64,000 nucleotides of DNA from Burkholderiales bacterium (GCA_016702555.1 JADJDV010000001.1:74786-138785), one strand, 5' to 3'; positions 53,845 through 63,735 are shown, counted from the stretch's first letter. Made by a program: numbers and translations. The notes: generated by a model from the sequence alone, not told the origin.

Positions 53845-55146
53845 TTACGTCGGCTGCGCCGCGGCGTCCCGGCCACGCCGCAGATCGATCGGCACGAGCG
53901 CCAGCAAGCCAAGCACGAACAGCATGGCGGTGGCCGCGATCGCCACCCGCTGGTTGCCGCCGGTGGCCCAGGTGATCAGCCCGTAGCCGAGCGGGCCGAC
54001 GATGCTGGCCAGCCGCGTGGCGAAGCTCCACAGGCCGAAGAACTCGGCCAGCCGCGGCGCCGGTGCCAGCAGGCCGACCATGGCGCGGCCCGCCGATTGC
54101 GACGAGCCCATGCACAGACCAGCGATGCTGGCCGCCCACCAGAACTGGCCCTTGGTGGTGGCCAGTGCGGCGATCACGCAGGTGGCGATCCAGCCGATCA
54201 GCGTCAGCCCCAGCGTGAGCTTGTGGCCGATGCGGTCCTGCAGGTGGCCGCAGGCGAAGGCGCCCGCGGCGGCGGCCAGGTTCAGCACGAAGATCAGCGT
54301 CATGGTCTCCTGCTGCACGAAGCCGATCACCTGTTCGGCGTAGATCGCCGCCAGCGTGATGGCCACCGCCACGCCGCCCTGGTAGGCGACGGTGCAGGCC
54401 AGCAGCCAGATGAAGTCGCGGTAGCGGCGCGCCGCACGGAAGGTGGTGCCCAGCCGCTGCAGCGCCGCCAGCACACCGCCGCCCTCGCCCGGCGCCAGCA
54501 CGCCGGTGGCCCGCTCGCGCAGCAGCGCGAAAGTGACGCAGGCGGCCAGGCCGTAGATGGCGGCGGTGATCAGCAGGGTCACCGGCACGAAGCGCGCCGC
54601 CGCCTCGCCGCGCGCGCTGGCGCTCATCACATAGGCCAGGCACACACCCAGCGTCAGCATGCCGCCGATGTAGCCGAAGCCCCAGCCCCAGCCGCTCACC
54701 TTGCCCAGGGCCTCGGTGCGCGCCAGTTCGGGCAGGAAGGCCGCCGTCAGCGATTCGCCATAGGAATAAAAGGTGTTGGACACCACGATCAGCAGCATCG
54801 CCAGCGCCACGCCCCCCGGCTGCACCCAGGCCAGCGCCGCGGTCGACAGCACACAGCCGGCGGTGAACAGCATCAGCAGCCGCTTCTTGGCGCCGCGCAG
54901 ATCGGCCCAGGCGCCCAGGCTGGGCATGGTGAGCATGACGATGGCGTACGAGATCGACAGCGCCACCGTCCAGGCCAGCGGCCCCCAGTCGGCGCCCTGC
55001 GCCACACCGCCGACGAAGTAGGCCGCGAACACCGCCGTGATGACCACGGTGGTGTAGCCCGAGTTGGCGAAGTCGTACATCGCCCAGCCAAACACCTCGC
55101 GCCGGCGCACGCCGGGGTTGAGGACGTCGGACGAAAACTGGGCCAT
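53845..55146 (-). CDS. MFS transporter (UMF1/Atg22-like)
   Basis: WAMYDFANSGY, GSSQSAGRAM, EFFGLW. Confidence 0.9.
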   Translation of the reverse strand: MAQFSSDVLNPGVRRREVFGWAMYDFANSGYTTVVITAVFAAYFVGGVAQGADWGPLAWTVALSISYAIVMLTMPSLGAWADLRGAKKRLLMLFTAGCVLSTAALAWVQPGGVALAMLLIVVSNTFYSYGESLTAAFLPELARTEALGKVSGWGWGFGYIGGMLTLGVCLAYVMSASARGEAAARFVPVTLLITAAIYGLAACVTFALLRERATGVLAPGEGGGVLAALQRLGTTFRAARRYRDFIWLLACTVAYQGGVAVAITLAAIYAEQVIGFVQQETMTLIFVLNLAAAAGAFACGHLQDRIGHKLTLGLTLIGWIATCVIAALATTKGQFWWAASIAGLCMGSSQSAGRAMVGLLAPAPRLAEFFGLWSFATRLASIVGPLGYGLITWATGGNQRVAIAATAMLFVLGLLALVPIDLRRGRDAAAQPT

Positions 55147-55237
55147 GCGCGCAAGCTCCTCGCCGGCCGGGCGCCGACGCCCGCGCAGCATAGCAAGCGG
55201 CGATGACGCCGCGCGCCGTGTCAGGCGCAGTGGAGAC

Positions 55238-55867
55238 TCAATGCAGGTGGCGCGGCCGGCGGCCGCTGCCGTGGCCGGGACTGCCGCCGCTGCCCGGGCT
55301 GCGCGGCTTGCCCAGTTGCAGCGAACTGGTCAGCGCATCGAAGCGGCCGGCGAACAGCTTGTCGATCTCGGCCACCACGCCGCCGAGTTCGGCGCCGTCG
55401 AAGTGGCGCTCCATCAGGTTCACCACATCTTCCACCAGCAGGTTGCGCTGCGCCTGCATGATCGCCTCGGGCGTCGGGCCGACGAACAGCAGCACGAAGT
55501 CGTCGCGCGCCTCGCCCTCCGGCTCGTCCTCATCCTCGTCGTCGTAGTCGGCGTCGTAGAAGCTGACCTCGATCTGCGTGCCCTCGGCGGACAGCTCGTT
55601 CAGGTTCATACACAAATCGTCGAGCTGATGGCGGAAATCCTCGTCGCCCTGCAGCGTCCAGCACATCTGCAGCAGGTGTTGGTGCGGGTCGAAGCGGATG
55701 CCCGGCTCGTCCTCGTACAGGCTGGCCGCACCGTCGGCCAGCGAGCGTGCGCCGGCGTATTTCCACAAGGGCTTGAGGGCGTCCTGCAGGGCGTCGAAGC
55801 CCACCTCGGCGCGCAATTTCACGTCGCCATGCACGTGAATCTCAAATGGTGCGTCTTCATGACTCAT
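55238..55867 (-). CDS. Conserved acidic hypothetical protein
   Basis: 209 aa, host-like codon usage, downstream of tRNA-Leu. Confidence 0.75.
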   Translation of the reverse strand: MSHEDAPFEIHVHGDVKLRAEVGFDALQDALKPLWKYAGARSLADGAASLYEDEPGIRFDPHQHLLQMCWTLQGDEDFRHQLDDLCMNLNELSAEGTQIEVSFYDADYDDEDEDEPEGEARDDFVLLFVGPTPEAIMQAQRNLLVEDVVNLMERHFDGAELGGVVAEIDKLFAGRFDALTSSLQLGKPRSPGSGGSPGHGSGRRPRHLH

Positions 55868-55955
55868 GGCGTTTCCTTCACTCGCAACCCCCACCGCGGC
55901 CCGACGAGCCGATCACCGCCTTTCAAAAAAGGACGGCGTCGGTGCCGCGCCCGAC

Positions 55956-56042
55956 TGGTGCCACCGGGCGGAATCGAACCGCCAAGCCCGTGAGGGCGGG
56001 GGATTTTAAGTCCCCAGTGTTTACCAGTTTCACCACGGTGGC
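55956..56042 (-). tRNA. tRNA-Leu (anticodon TAA)
   Basis: GCCACCG acceptor stem, GGGGA-CTTAAAA-TCCCC anticodon arm, long variable arm, GGTTCGATTCC, encoded CCA. Confidence 0.97.
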
Positions 56043-56230
56043 AGGGCAAAGAAGCTATTCTGACAGACCTTGCTGGGCGTGGCGGCCACCGCCTTCATGC
56101 CGGGCCCGACGGCATGACACCGACACGCATTGCCGGCTTTCTTCCTACACCGCGTTCGCTCGCGCGCCGACAGGGCGCGGGCGCCAGGCTGCCTACAGTT
56201 GTTCCCATCTTCACTGGTACGGAGCATGCA

Positions 56231-56758
56231 ATGACCCCCACCCAAAACCTGCCGCGCCTCGGCGCCATCGCCCTCGCCGTGGCGCTGGCCACCGGCCTGG
56301 CCGCCTGCAACAAGAACGACGACCGCACCGCCGGACAAAAGCTGGACGCCGGCATCGCCAAGACCGAACAGGCGGCGCAGGATGTACAGGCAAAAGCCGC
56401 TGAAGCCGCGCGCGACGCCAAAGTAGCCGCCAGCGAAGCCGCGGCCGACACCAAGGCCGCCACCAAGGAGGCTGGCGCAGAGATCCGTCAGGAAGCGCGT
56501 GAAGCCAAGGCCGAGGTCAGCGCTGCCGCCGAGCGCGTCGGCGACCTGGCCAGTGACGCCGCCACCACCGCCGCCGTCAAGACCAAGCTGCTGGCCGACA
56601 GCGAGCTGAGCGGCCTGCAGATCAACGTGGACACCAAGGACCACGTGGTCACCCTGACCGGCCCGGCGCCCAACGCCAGCGCCAAGGCGCGCGCCGAGAC
56701 CATTGCCCTGGCCGTGAGCGGCGTGAAGTCGGTCAACAACAATCTGACGGTGAACTAA
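56231..56758 (+). CDS. BON-domain lipoprotein
   Basis: Lipobox LAAC; BON motif DAATTAAVKTKLLAD...INVDT...VTLTG...VSGVKSVNNNL. Confidence 0.9.
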   Translation: MTPTQNLPRLGAIALAVALATGLAACNKNDDRTAGQKLDAGIAKTEQAAQDVQAKAAEAARDAKVAASEAAADTKAATKEAGAEIRQEAREAKAEVSAAAERVGDLASDAATTAAVKTKLLADSELSGLQINVDTKDHVVTLTGPAPNASAKARAETIALAVSGVKSVNNNLTVN

Positions 56759-56777
56759 AACCTGCGGTGCGCGGCGC

Positions 56778-58916
56778 TCAGGCCGCCGCGCTGCCCTCGC
56801 CAGCGGCGCCGAACACGCGCGCCTTCAGCAGCGCCAACTGATCGCGCACGCGCGCGGCCTGCTCGAACTCCAGGTTGCGCGCGTGCTCGAGCATCTGCTT
56901 TTCCAACCGCTTGATCTCGCGCGCCAGGTCTTTCTCGGACAGGGCGGTCTCCTCCAGCGGCCGTCGGTCGGTCGCCGCGCCCAGCCGCTCGGCGTCGCGC
57001 CCGCTTTTCTCGCTGTAGACCCCGTCGATCAGGTCGCGCACTTGCTTGACAATGCCGCGCGGCGTGATGCCGTGCTCGGCGTTGAAAGCGATCTGCTTGG
57101 CGCGGCGGCGCTCGGTCTCGCCCATCGCCTTCTTCATCGACTCGGTGACGCGGTCGGCGTACAAGATGGCCTTGCCGCGCACGTTGCGCGCCGCGCGCCC
57201 GATGGTCTGGATCAATGAGCGCTCGGCGCGCAGAAAACCTTCCTTGTCGGCGTCCAGGATCGCCACCAGCGACACCTCGGGGATGTCCAGGCCCTCGCGC
57301 AACAGGTTGATGCCGACCAGCACGTCGAAGGCGCCCAGGCGCAGGTCGCGGATGATCTCCACGCGCTCCACGGTGTCCACGTCGGAGTGCAGGTAACGTA
57401 CCTTGACGCCGTTCTCGCCCAGGTATTCGGTCAGCTGCTCGGCCATGCGCTTGGTCAGCGTGGTGATCAGCACGCGTTCGTTGCGGGTGACGCGCTCGCG
57501 GATCTCCTGCAGCACATCATCGACCTGATGCGTGGCCGGGCGCACCTCAACCTCGGGGTCGATCAGGCCCGTCGGCCGCACCACCTGCTCGACCACCTGG
57601 CCGGCGTGCTGCTTTTCATAATCCGCCGGCGTGGCACTGACAAACACCACCTGCCGCATGCGCTGCTCGAACTCGGCGAACTTCAGCGGCCGGTTGTCGA
57701 GCGCGCTGGGCAGGCGAAAGCCGTATTCGACGAGCGTGGTCTTGCGCGCCTTGTCGCCGTTGTACATGGCGTTGAGCTGACCGATCATCTGGTGGCTCTC
57801 GTCCAGGAACATGATGGCGTCGCGCGGCAGGTAGTCGGTCAGCGTGGCGGGCGGCTCGCCCGGCGCCGCGCCCGACAAATGGCGCGTGTAGTTCTCGATG
57901 CCCTTGCAGTGGCCCAGCTCGGTCAGCATTTCCAGGTCGAAGCGCGTGCGCTGCTCGATGCGCTGCGCCTCGACCAGCTTGCCTTCGCCGACGAAGAACT
58001 TCAGGCGCTCGGCCAGCTCCAGCTTGATGGTCTCGACGGCGGCCAGCGTCTTCTCGCGCGGCGTCACGTAGTGGCTGCTGGGGTAGATGACGAAGCGCGG
58101 CACCTTCTGCTGCACGCGGCCGGTGAGCGGGTCGAACAGGCTGATGCTCTCCACCTCGTCGTCGAACAGCTCCATGCGCACCGCCAGCTCGCTGTGTTCG
58201 GCCGGGAACACGTCGATGGTGTCGCCGCGCACGCGAAAGCTGCCGCGCGCGAAGTCCATGTCGTTGCGCTGGTACTGCATGCGCACCAGCTGCGCGATGG
58301 CGTCGCGCTGGCCCTGCTTGCCACCCACCTTCAGGATCATGCGCATCTGCAGGTAATCGTCGGGCGCGCCGATGCCGTAGATCGCCGACACCGTGGCCAC
58401 GATCACCGTGTCGCGCCGCTCCAGCACGCTCTTGGTGGCCGACAGGCGCATCTGCTCGATGTGTTCGTTGATGGCGCTGTCCTTCTCGATGAACAGGTCG
58501 CGCTGCGGCACATAGGCCTCAGGCTGGTAATAGTCGTAGTAGCTGACGAAGTATTCGACCGCGTTCTTCGGGAAGAACTCGCGGAACTCGCTGTACAGCT
58601 GCGCCGCCAGCGTCTTGTTGGGCGCGAACACGATCGCCGGGCGGCCCAGCCGCGCGATCACGTTGGCCATGGTGAAGGTCTTGCCCGAGCCGGTCACGCC
58701 CAGCAGGGTCTGGAACACCTCGCCGTTTTCCACGCCCTCGACCAGTTGCTCGATCGCCGTCGGCTGGTCGCCGGCCGGTGGATACGGTTGGTAAAGCTGG
58801 AACGGCGAATCGGGGAAGCTGACGAACTGGCCTTCGGCCACGGCCGGCGCCTCGACCGCCGCCGGCTTGGCGGCCGGCGGACGAACGGCCTGGATGGGTT
58901 GTGGAGCGGATGACAT
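56778..58916 (-). CDS. uvrB: Excinuclease ABC subunit B
   Basis: [37 protein letters not shown]-terminal UVR domain. Confidence 0.98.
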   Translation of the reverse strand: MSSAPQPIQAVRPPAAKPAAVEAPAVAEGQFVSFPDSPFQLYQPYPPAGDQPTAIEQLVEGVENGEVFQTLLGVTGSGKTFTMANVIARLGRPAIVFAPNKTLAAQLYSEFREFFPKNAVEYFVSYYDYYQPEAYVPQRDLFIEKDSAINEHIEQMRLSATKSVLERRDTVIVATVSAIYGIGAPDDYLQMRMILKVGGKQGQRDAIAQLVRMQYQRNDMDFARGSFRVRGDTIDVFPAEHSELAVRMELFDDEVESISLFDPLTGRVQQKVPRFVIYPSSHYVTPREKTLAAVETIKLELAERLKFFVGEGKLVEAQRIEQRTRFDLEMLTELGHCKGIENYTRHLSGAAPGEPPATLTDYLPRDAIMFLDESHQMIGQLNAMYNGDKARKTTLVEYGFRLPSALDNRPLKFAEFEQRMRQVVFVSATPADYEKQHAGQVVEQVVRPTGLIDPEVEVRPATHQVDDVLQEIRERVTRNERVLITTLTKRMAEQLTEYLGENGVKVRYLHSDVDTVERVEIIRDLRLGAFDVLVGINLLREGLDIPEVSLVAILDADKEGFLRAERSLIQTIGRAARNVRGKAILYADRVTESMKKAMGETERRRAKQIAFNAEHGITPRGIVKQVRDLIDGVYSEKSGRDAERLGAATDRRPLEETALSEKDLAREIKRLEKQMLEHARNLEFEQAARVRDQLALLKARVFGAAGEGSAAA

Positions 58917-59011
58917 CAGGGCAGTGATTGGTCAGCGCCCATGACGCGGGCGAACCTTGCACCATAAACCATGCGGATTCGGCGCTCAAGATCCTCCCCA
59001 CTTCCCGTCAT

Positions 59012-59425
59012 TCAAGCCGGCGAGCGAAGCTTCATGGTCGCGATACCCAGCCACAAGCTGGCCACCAGAATCGACAGCGCCCCCACCACCACCAGCACCG
59101 GCGGCAAGCCGAGCGCCACCTTGAGAAAAATCCCGATCGGCATCAGCAGCCCGGCCAGCGCGAGCCACGACACCCACTTCCGTATCGTTTCCGGAAACGG
59201 CAGCTTGAGCAGAAGTAACCCAAACACGATGTTCAAGAGCGCGAACAGGTTGCCGTGCACATGGGCCATTCTGGTCTCGAGGTGGGCGCCAGCCGCGTAT
59301 TCCGCCGCCCACTTTTCACTACTCGGCGAAAGATGCGCCATGTAGATCAAGAAGAAACCAAGCGCCATGAAACCTGCAAGGATGAACAGGCCCGCGGCAA
59401 TGTTGCGTTTTCCGTAGTGCATCAT
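59012..59425 (-). CDS. Hypothetical 4-TM membrane protein with HxH motif
   Basis: GGAG RBS; AHVHGNLFALLN between hydrophobic helices. Confidence 0.75.
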   Translation of the reverse strand: MMHYGKRNIAAGLFILAGFMALGFFLIYMAHLSPSSEKWAAEYAAGAHLETRMAHVHGNLFALLNIVFGLLLLKLPFPETIRKWVSWLALAGLLMPIGIFLKVALGLPPVLVVVGALSILVASLWLGIATMKLRSPA

Positions 59426-59522
59426 GGTTCTCCATGAGCCGTGGCAGCAGTTAGATTCGGCAGTCTGACGTAGAAATCACCGTCCAGTACGACGTCATCC
59501 ATCAGCACCACCAGAATCCGGG

Positions 59523-60191
59523 TTATGCCTTGAAGCCACGCACTATTTTGTAGTGGTCCAACAGTGGAGAAATGTCTTCAGCAAACTCTCGTATGTATTC
59601 ATCGCTTAGACCGATCGACCCCGTGGGGTGGGGGAGCGCAACTATTTGTATGTCTCCGAATTTCTGAATTCCAATGCGAAAGCGCTTTAAAAGCTTTCCT
59701 CCGCTCGTCACATCTTTTTGAAGTATTTGCACCGGGGCTTCAGGACCAAATAGGCGTCGCGCTTTCTCCAGGCAGTTCCGCGAATTCAATGTCCCAAGCA
59801 TTGTTACACTGAGAAAAATAATGAACTTGGGTTGCAGTTGCTGGACATGAAATTCGAAGTTTTCCCACTCGCGAACATACTCAGACGGCAAATGTTTACC
59901 ACGCATGCTCTGGGACTGCGAACTGAGCCAGTTAGTTTGAACAATGGATCGCTCAAAGGGGCCTGCCGTTTCCTCTTTCACTTGTAGAGGATGCCCAAAC
60001 AACTCGAACCACTTAAGCAATTTAGTGCGATAACGATAGTTGTTATAACGTATATCCGAAAAAAAACTCGCAGATTCCTCCTCTGAGGGATTATCTGGAG
60101 AGCCACCCCAATTTATTCCACAAATCATCAGACCGTCTTTCTGATTTTCGAAAAAACTGGCCGTAGGGACATTCAACTTATGATATGACAT
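59523..60191 (-). CDS. Hypothetical protein with uracil-DNA-glycosylase-superfamily-like motifs
   Basis: AT-rich 222-aa ORF; motif-A-like MICGINWGG, QPKFIIFLS, motif-B-like IVALPHPTG. Confidence 0.6.
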   Translation of the reverse strand: MSYHKLNVPTASFFENQKDGLMICGINWGGSPDNPSEEESASFFSDIRYNNYRYRTKLLKWFELFGHPLQVKEETAGPFERSIVQTNWLSSQSQSMRGKHLPSEYVREWENFEFHVQQLQPKFIIFLSVTMLGTLNSRNCLEKARRLFGPEAPVQILQKDVTSGGKLLKRFRIGIQKFGDIQIVALPHPTGSIGLSDEYIREFAEDISPLLDHYKIVRGFKA

Positions 60192-60199
60192 AATAAATT

Positions 60200-60478
60200 T
60201 TAGAGACGGCTCTGCAGAGAATGCCCTCTATTCCATTTGGCATTATATTCTTGATTGACAAAGAACACTTTAAGATCAGCACTGTACTCCTGATTGACCC
60301 AGAAAATTTTTGTTGTAGCCTGATAGTCGTGTGACACATAAAACCATTTTTCGTCAGATGTGGCCTTGTATTCTTGATCGACTACGTAAGCAAGCAGATC
60401 GGCCTTATACTCTTGATCAACCTTGAAGCACTTGACATTAGCTTGATATTCATGATCAACAACAAAAATTTTCGCCAT
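60200..60478 (-). CDS. Tandem ~13-aa repeat protein (DUF6150-like)
   Basis: Six V[DN]xEYxA units; GAGGA-like RBS; 8 nt upstream of the next ORF. Confidence 0.7.
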   Translation of the reverse strand: MAKIFVVDHEYQANVKCFKVDQEYKADLLAYVVDQEYKATSDEKWFYVSHDYQATTKIFWVNQEYSADLKVFFVNQEYNAKWNRGHSLQSRL

Positions 60479-61064
60479 AGTAAGTCCTCTTAAAAAAGAA
60501 TATAAATCGTGAAACAGCTATCGTATCCGACGCTTGCCAGATAACTACGCACTGCCGTCGTGTATTTGGCTTCATCGTAATCCACCTTTAATCCAGAATT
60601 CCCCAAAACACGCCTCCGAGGCCGTCTAAACGTCTGGAATGGCGGCACTCGGCAGGATGTTTCTAGACTCTCCCTCAACCGTTGAGAAACGGCGAGGCCA
60701 AGGGCGACGAGAACCAGGTGGGAGTATCGCAAGCCCCCATTGCGCGAGCAACTGCGCAGACAATTGTAGCGAACACATGCGCAGTGGACAAGACTGGCTG
60801 ACGGTGTGTTGGGCGTGGAATTACAGCGCGCACTGGCGACCGTGCAACCGGGACGTGTTGAGCCCACTGGGTGTAGAGTGATGGTGTTCGCCGCGATGTC
60901 AACTGCAACAGCGCGGCAGAGGACGCGCTGTCACTTCGTCTATTTTTGGCAGTTTCTGACAACCCTAAAATCGGCATCGAGGGTATCCTTTCCCTTTACG
61001 CCCTCTCAGGGGGGAAGACTCTGTGCAAAATGAGCCCTCGTATGAATCCATAAGTGAACTGGAC

Positions 61065-61541
61065 ATGCGCCTTCTTACAAGATTATTGCTGATACTTTTC
61101 TCAGTCTGTGGCACGACGCACCCACACGCACAGAGTGAACAGTGTGGGCTCATCAAAGACCCTGATCTTCAAGCGCAGTGCAGAGCCAACACCGGTGGTG
61201 GAAGCGGCCAGTGTGGCTTCATCCGCGACGCAGACATGCAGGCCTTCTGCCGTGCAATCATAGGCAACGGCAACGGCCAGTGCGGATTCATAAGAAATAA
61301 CGACAACCAAGCTCTGTGTCGCGCAATGACTCAGAGCCATTCAGGGCAGTGTGGATTCATTCGTGACAACGACATACAGACCTACTGTCGAGCGGTTACG
61401 GGTTATGGAAGCGGCCAATGTGGTCTCATCAGAAACAACGACCTTCAAGCCCTGTGCAGAGCGTTGACGGGTAGTGGCAGTGGCCAGTGTGAATTTATTC
61501 GAAATTCAGATAAGCAAGCGGCGTGTCGAGCTAAATTTTAG
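61065..61541 (+). CDS. Secreted Cys-rich protein with six 23-aa repeats
   Basis: Signal-like MRLLTRLLLILFSVCGTTHPHA, then repeats QCGxIxxxDxQAxCRAxxGxGSG. Confidence 0.8.
   Translation: MRLLTRLLLILFSVCGTTHPHAQSEQCGLIKDPDLQAQCRANTGGGSGQCGFIRDADMQAFCRAIIGNGNGQCGFIRNNDNQALCRAMTQSHSGQCGFIRDNDIQTYCRAVTGYGSGQCGLIRNNDLQALCRALTGSGSGQCEFIRNSDKQAACRAKF
61140..61538 (+). repeat. 69-bp degenerate coding tandem repeat (5 full copies + 1 partial)
   Basis: Units start at 61140, 61209, 61278, 61347, 61416 and 61485 with CAGTGT/CAGTGC/CAATGT. Confidence 0.85.
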
Positions 61542-61650
61542 TGGCTCATACCGGATGGATTGATGGTAAATACTATTAACAAAGTATGACGCGCAAATGC
61601 AGTATCGGTTGTCATGGATGAGGTAAATCTCAACGGGTGCCTCGAGATGA

Positions 61651-62631
61651 TTATTTTCTTGATTCCGTCCGGCCATGCGTCGACGGCTTCTGCGCGTCCG
61701 GTAACCGCTCTGCCAAATCCCCAAACCCCCGTATCCACCACTCCAGCCGATCCGAGTCGTTGACCGTAGCCTCGACGATCACGCACTCGCCGCCCTCCTG
61801 CGACGTGATTACCTGATCGCGCGACAGCGGCGTGTCGTACAGATGGCTTGCGGCCGCGTGATGCATGCGCAGGCGCAGCCGTACCGGCCCCGTGCTACCG
61901 AAATCCAGTACCCCGCCGTCCAGGAACTGCTCCAGACTGAATCCCGGCGGCGCCTTGAGGTCACCATCAGAGGCGATCCTGACCCGCCGCAGCCGATGCA
62001 GGGCCACGGTGCGTGGATCGGAATAGCCATCGAAGCACACGACCAGATAGGTGACCAGGCCCGTGCGTATCAGGCCCAGCGGGTGCAGTCGCACCTCGCG
62101 ATAGTCCTCGGCCTGGGCACTGCGGTACTCCGCCTCGAGAGGGCGCTCCGTGAACAAAGCCTCGTTAACCGCATCCAGCACGCCGGGTGGTTCCTCGGCT
62201 GGCAGCAAAGGTGGCCCCAGAGGCCGAAACGCCAGCTTCCTGACCCAGCGCGCCGCCTTCGACCCCCCATGGGTTGCCAGGCGCTTGCGGCTTTCCTGGA
62301 ACCACGGCGCCAGCGCATCCCGAACCACCCGCGGCAGGCTGGCGCCCAGTTCCCGTTCCATGAGAGACAGGCCGAGCGCCTGCTGCAGGTCCAGGCTGGG
62401 TGTCAGAGGCAGATGTGATCCAGGGCGCCAGCGCCAGCCATAGGGGCGCGAGCGATCATCACACTCAATGTCGTACGCTGCGGACAGAGCCAGTAGATCC
62501 CGCTCTACCGTCCTGCGGGAGATGTCATAGCCCAGCACCTCCAGGTGCCGGTGGATGTCCTCAGTGGATGCGTGGCGGTTGCGGGGCACCAGCCTCAGGG
62601 TGTCCAGTAGCCGTGGGAAGTTCCTGTCCAT
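61651..62631 (-). CDS. WYL-domain transcriptional regulator (wHTH-WYL-WCX)
   Basis: HTH ISRRTVERDLLAL; WYL-like YRS...LHPLGL....TYLV...RTVALHRL; WCX WWIRGFGD; GAGGA RBS before the ATG at 62631. Confidence 0.9.
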   Translation of the reverse strand: MDRNFPRLLDTLRLVPRNRHASTEDIHRHLEVLGYDISRRTVERDLLALSAAYDIECDDRSRPYGWRWRPGSHLPLTPSLDLQQALGLSLMERELGASLPRVVRDALAPWFQESRKRLATHGGSKAARWVRKLAFRPLGPPLLPAEEPPGVLDAVNEALFTERPLEAEYRSAQAEDYREVRLHPLGLIRTGLVTYLVVCFDGYSDPRTVALHRLRRVRIASDGDLKAPPGFSLEQFLDGGVLDFGSTGPVRLRLRMHHAAASHLYDTPLSRDQVITSQEGGECVIVEATVNDSDRLEWWIRGFGDLAERLPDAQKPSTHGRTESRK

Positions 62632-63691
62632 GTTCCTCGCCCAGATGTTTGAACTCTCGGCTTGCAGCATAAACGTCGGCCAGAGAAACCGCGGATGCAC
62701 CCACTAGGGCAAGCATCGCCGTGACAGTGTCAGCGCTTGTATCGTCCGCGTGCAGATCGGCAACCACGGCCTGCGCCTCGACCATCGACAACTTGCGTGC
62801 GGGCACACAGGCAAAGCAACGACCCGGCCGCATCAGGGCTTCGTCGATGCTGAGCTTGGACGGCAGGTTGGTGGAAAATATCAGGCGCCGTCCATGTGGT
62901 TGCAAGAGTCCATCGGAGACTGCCAGGAATCGGTGCAAGGACCGGTTGCCATCGGCTCGGGGCGTCAGCATATGATCCGCATCCTCGATCACCATGGCAT
63001 CGTACTCATCGGCCATGAACTGGACAAAGAAGCGATCTCCAGCAGCAGACTCCGTGTCTGCTGTATAGGCAATACGCAGCGAGCGTTTACGTAGCCGTGA
63101 GAGACCATTCAGCAGATGGCGAATCAACCGGGTCTTGCCTGTACCAGGCGGACCGTACAGGATCAGCACAGGTGCAGCGGAAGCTTGCGTGAATCGGCGC
63201 GTGAAACCTGCCAGTCCTCCGGGTAGCCAAGGATAGGCCGACGGAAGGAGATGGTCGTCAAAGTACTCCATGATGGAGCTCGAAGTCAGAAAACGTCCGT
63301 CGTGATACCACCATTCCACGGTGGCGGCATAGTGATCTCCAAGCTTAATACCGACCGCGTGCTGAAGTTCAGCAATTGCAGCGGCGCCTGTCCCTGCCGA
63401 GGTAGCCCATAGGTCAATCTCGCATCCCGTCCCAAACCCACGACGTTGCAACTCGATCCGAACGCAAGTGTGCTCGGACTCGCTGATGGTCTGGGTCTCG
63501 CCGATGCGAAAGACCCGCCAGCCAGGCAATGCCGCAACGCGACCGATCACGTCATCGGGCAGGGTGTCGAAGCCGTACTGGAACTTGCGATAAAAGGACA
63601 AGGGCTGCCCAGCTTCCAGAAATCGCATCTGGGCCATGAGCAGGACGTGATCGCCGAAGCGACGGACTTCGTGTGACAGCAGGGAATGCAT
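62561..63691 (-). CDS. AAA+ ATPase with uncharacterised N-terminal domain
   Basis: Walker A GPPGTGKT, Walker B MVIEDAD, sensor STN, SRH DEALMRPGRCF; GGAG RBS. Confidence 0.9.
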   Translation of the reverse strand: MHSLLSHEVRRFGDHVLLMAQMRFLEAGQPLSFYRKFQYGFDTLPDDVIGRVAALPGWRVFRIGETQTISESEHTCVRIELQRRGFGTGCEIDLWATSAGTGAAAIAELQHAVGIKLGDHYAATVEWWYHDGRFLTSSSIMEYFDDHLLPSAYPWLPGGLAGFTRRFTQASAAPVLILYGPPGTGKTRLIRHLLNGLSRLRKRSLRIAYTADTESAAGDRFFVQFMADEYDAMVIEDADHMLTPRADGNRSLHRFLAVSDGLLQPHGRRLIFSTNLPSKLSIDEALMRPGRCFACVPARKLSMVEAQAVVADLHADDTSADTVTAMLALVGASAVSLADVYAASREFKHLGEEHGQELPTATGHPEAGAPQPPRIH

Positions 63692-63735
63692 GTAGGGCTC
63701 CGGTTGAATATCCGATCAAGTCTCAACCAATCTTG

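Noticed and set aside
55900-56042. tRNA-Leu as an island integration site
   Set aside because: Flanking genes are core-like, and no duplicated tRNA 3' end or integrase is present.
60619-60631. AGGCCGTCTAAA resembling a Neisseriaceae DNA uptake sequence
   Set aside because: Single imperfect occurrence; likely chance.
60490-60867. 125-aa ORF upstream of the repeat protein
   Set aside because: Only the AT-rich last ~35 codons look gene-like (possibly a truncated remnant); no motif or good start, so not called.
61140-61538. Regular repeats as a possible CRISPR array
   Set aside because: Repeats are degenerate 69-bp in-frame coding units with no unique spacers and no cas genes.
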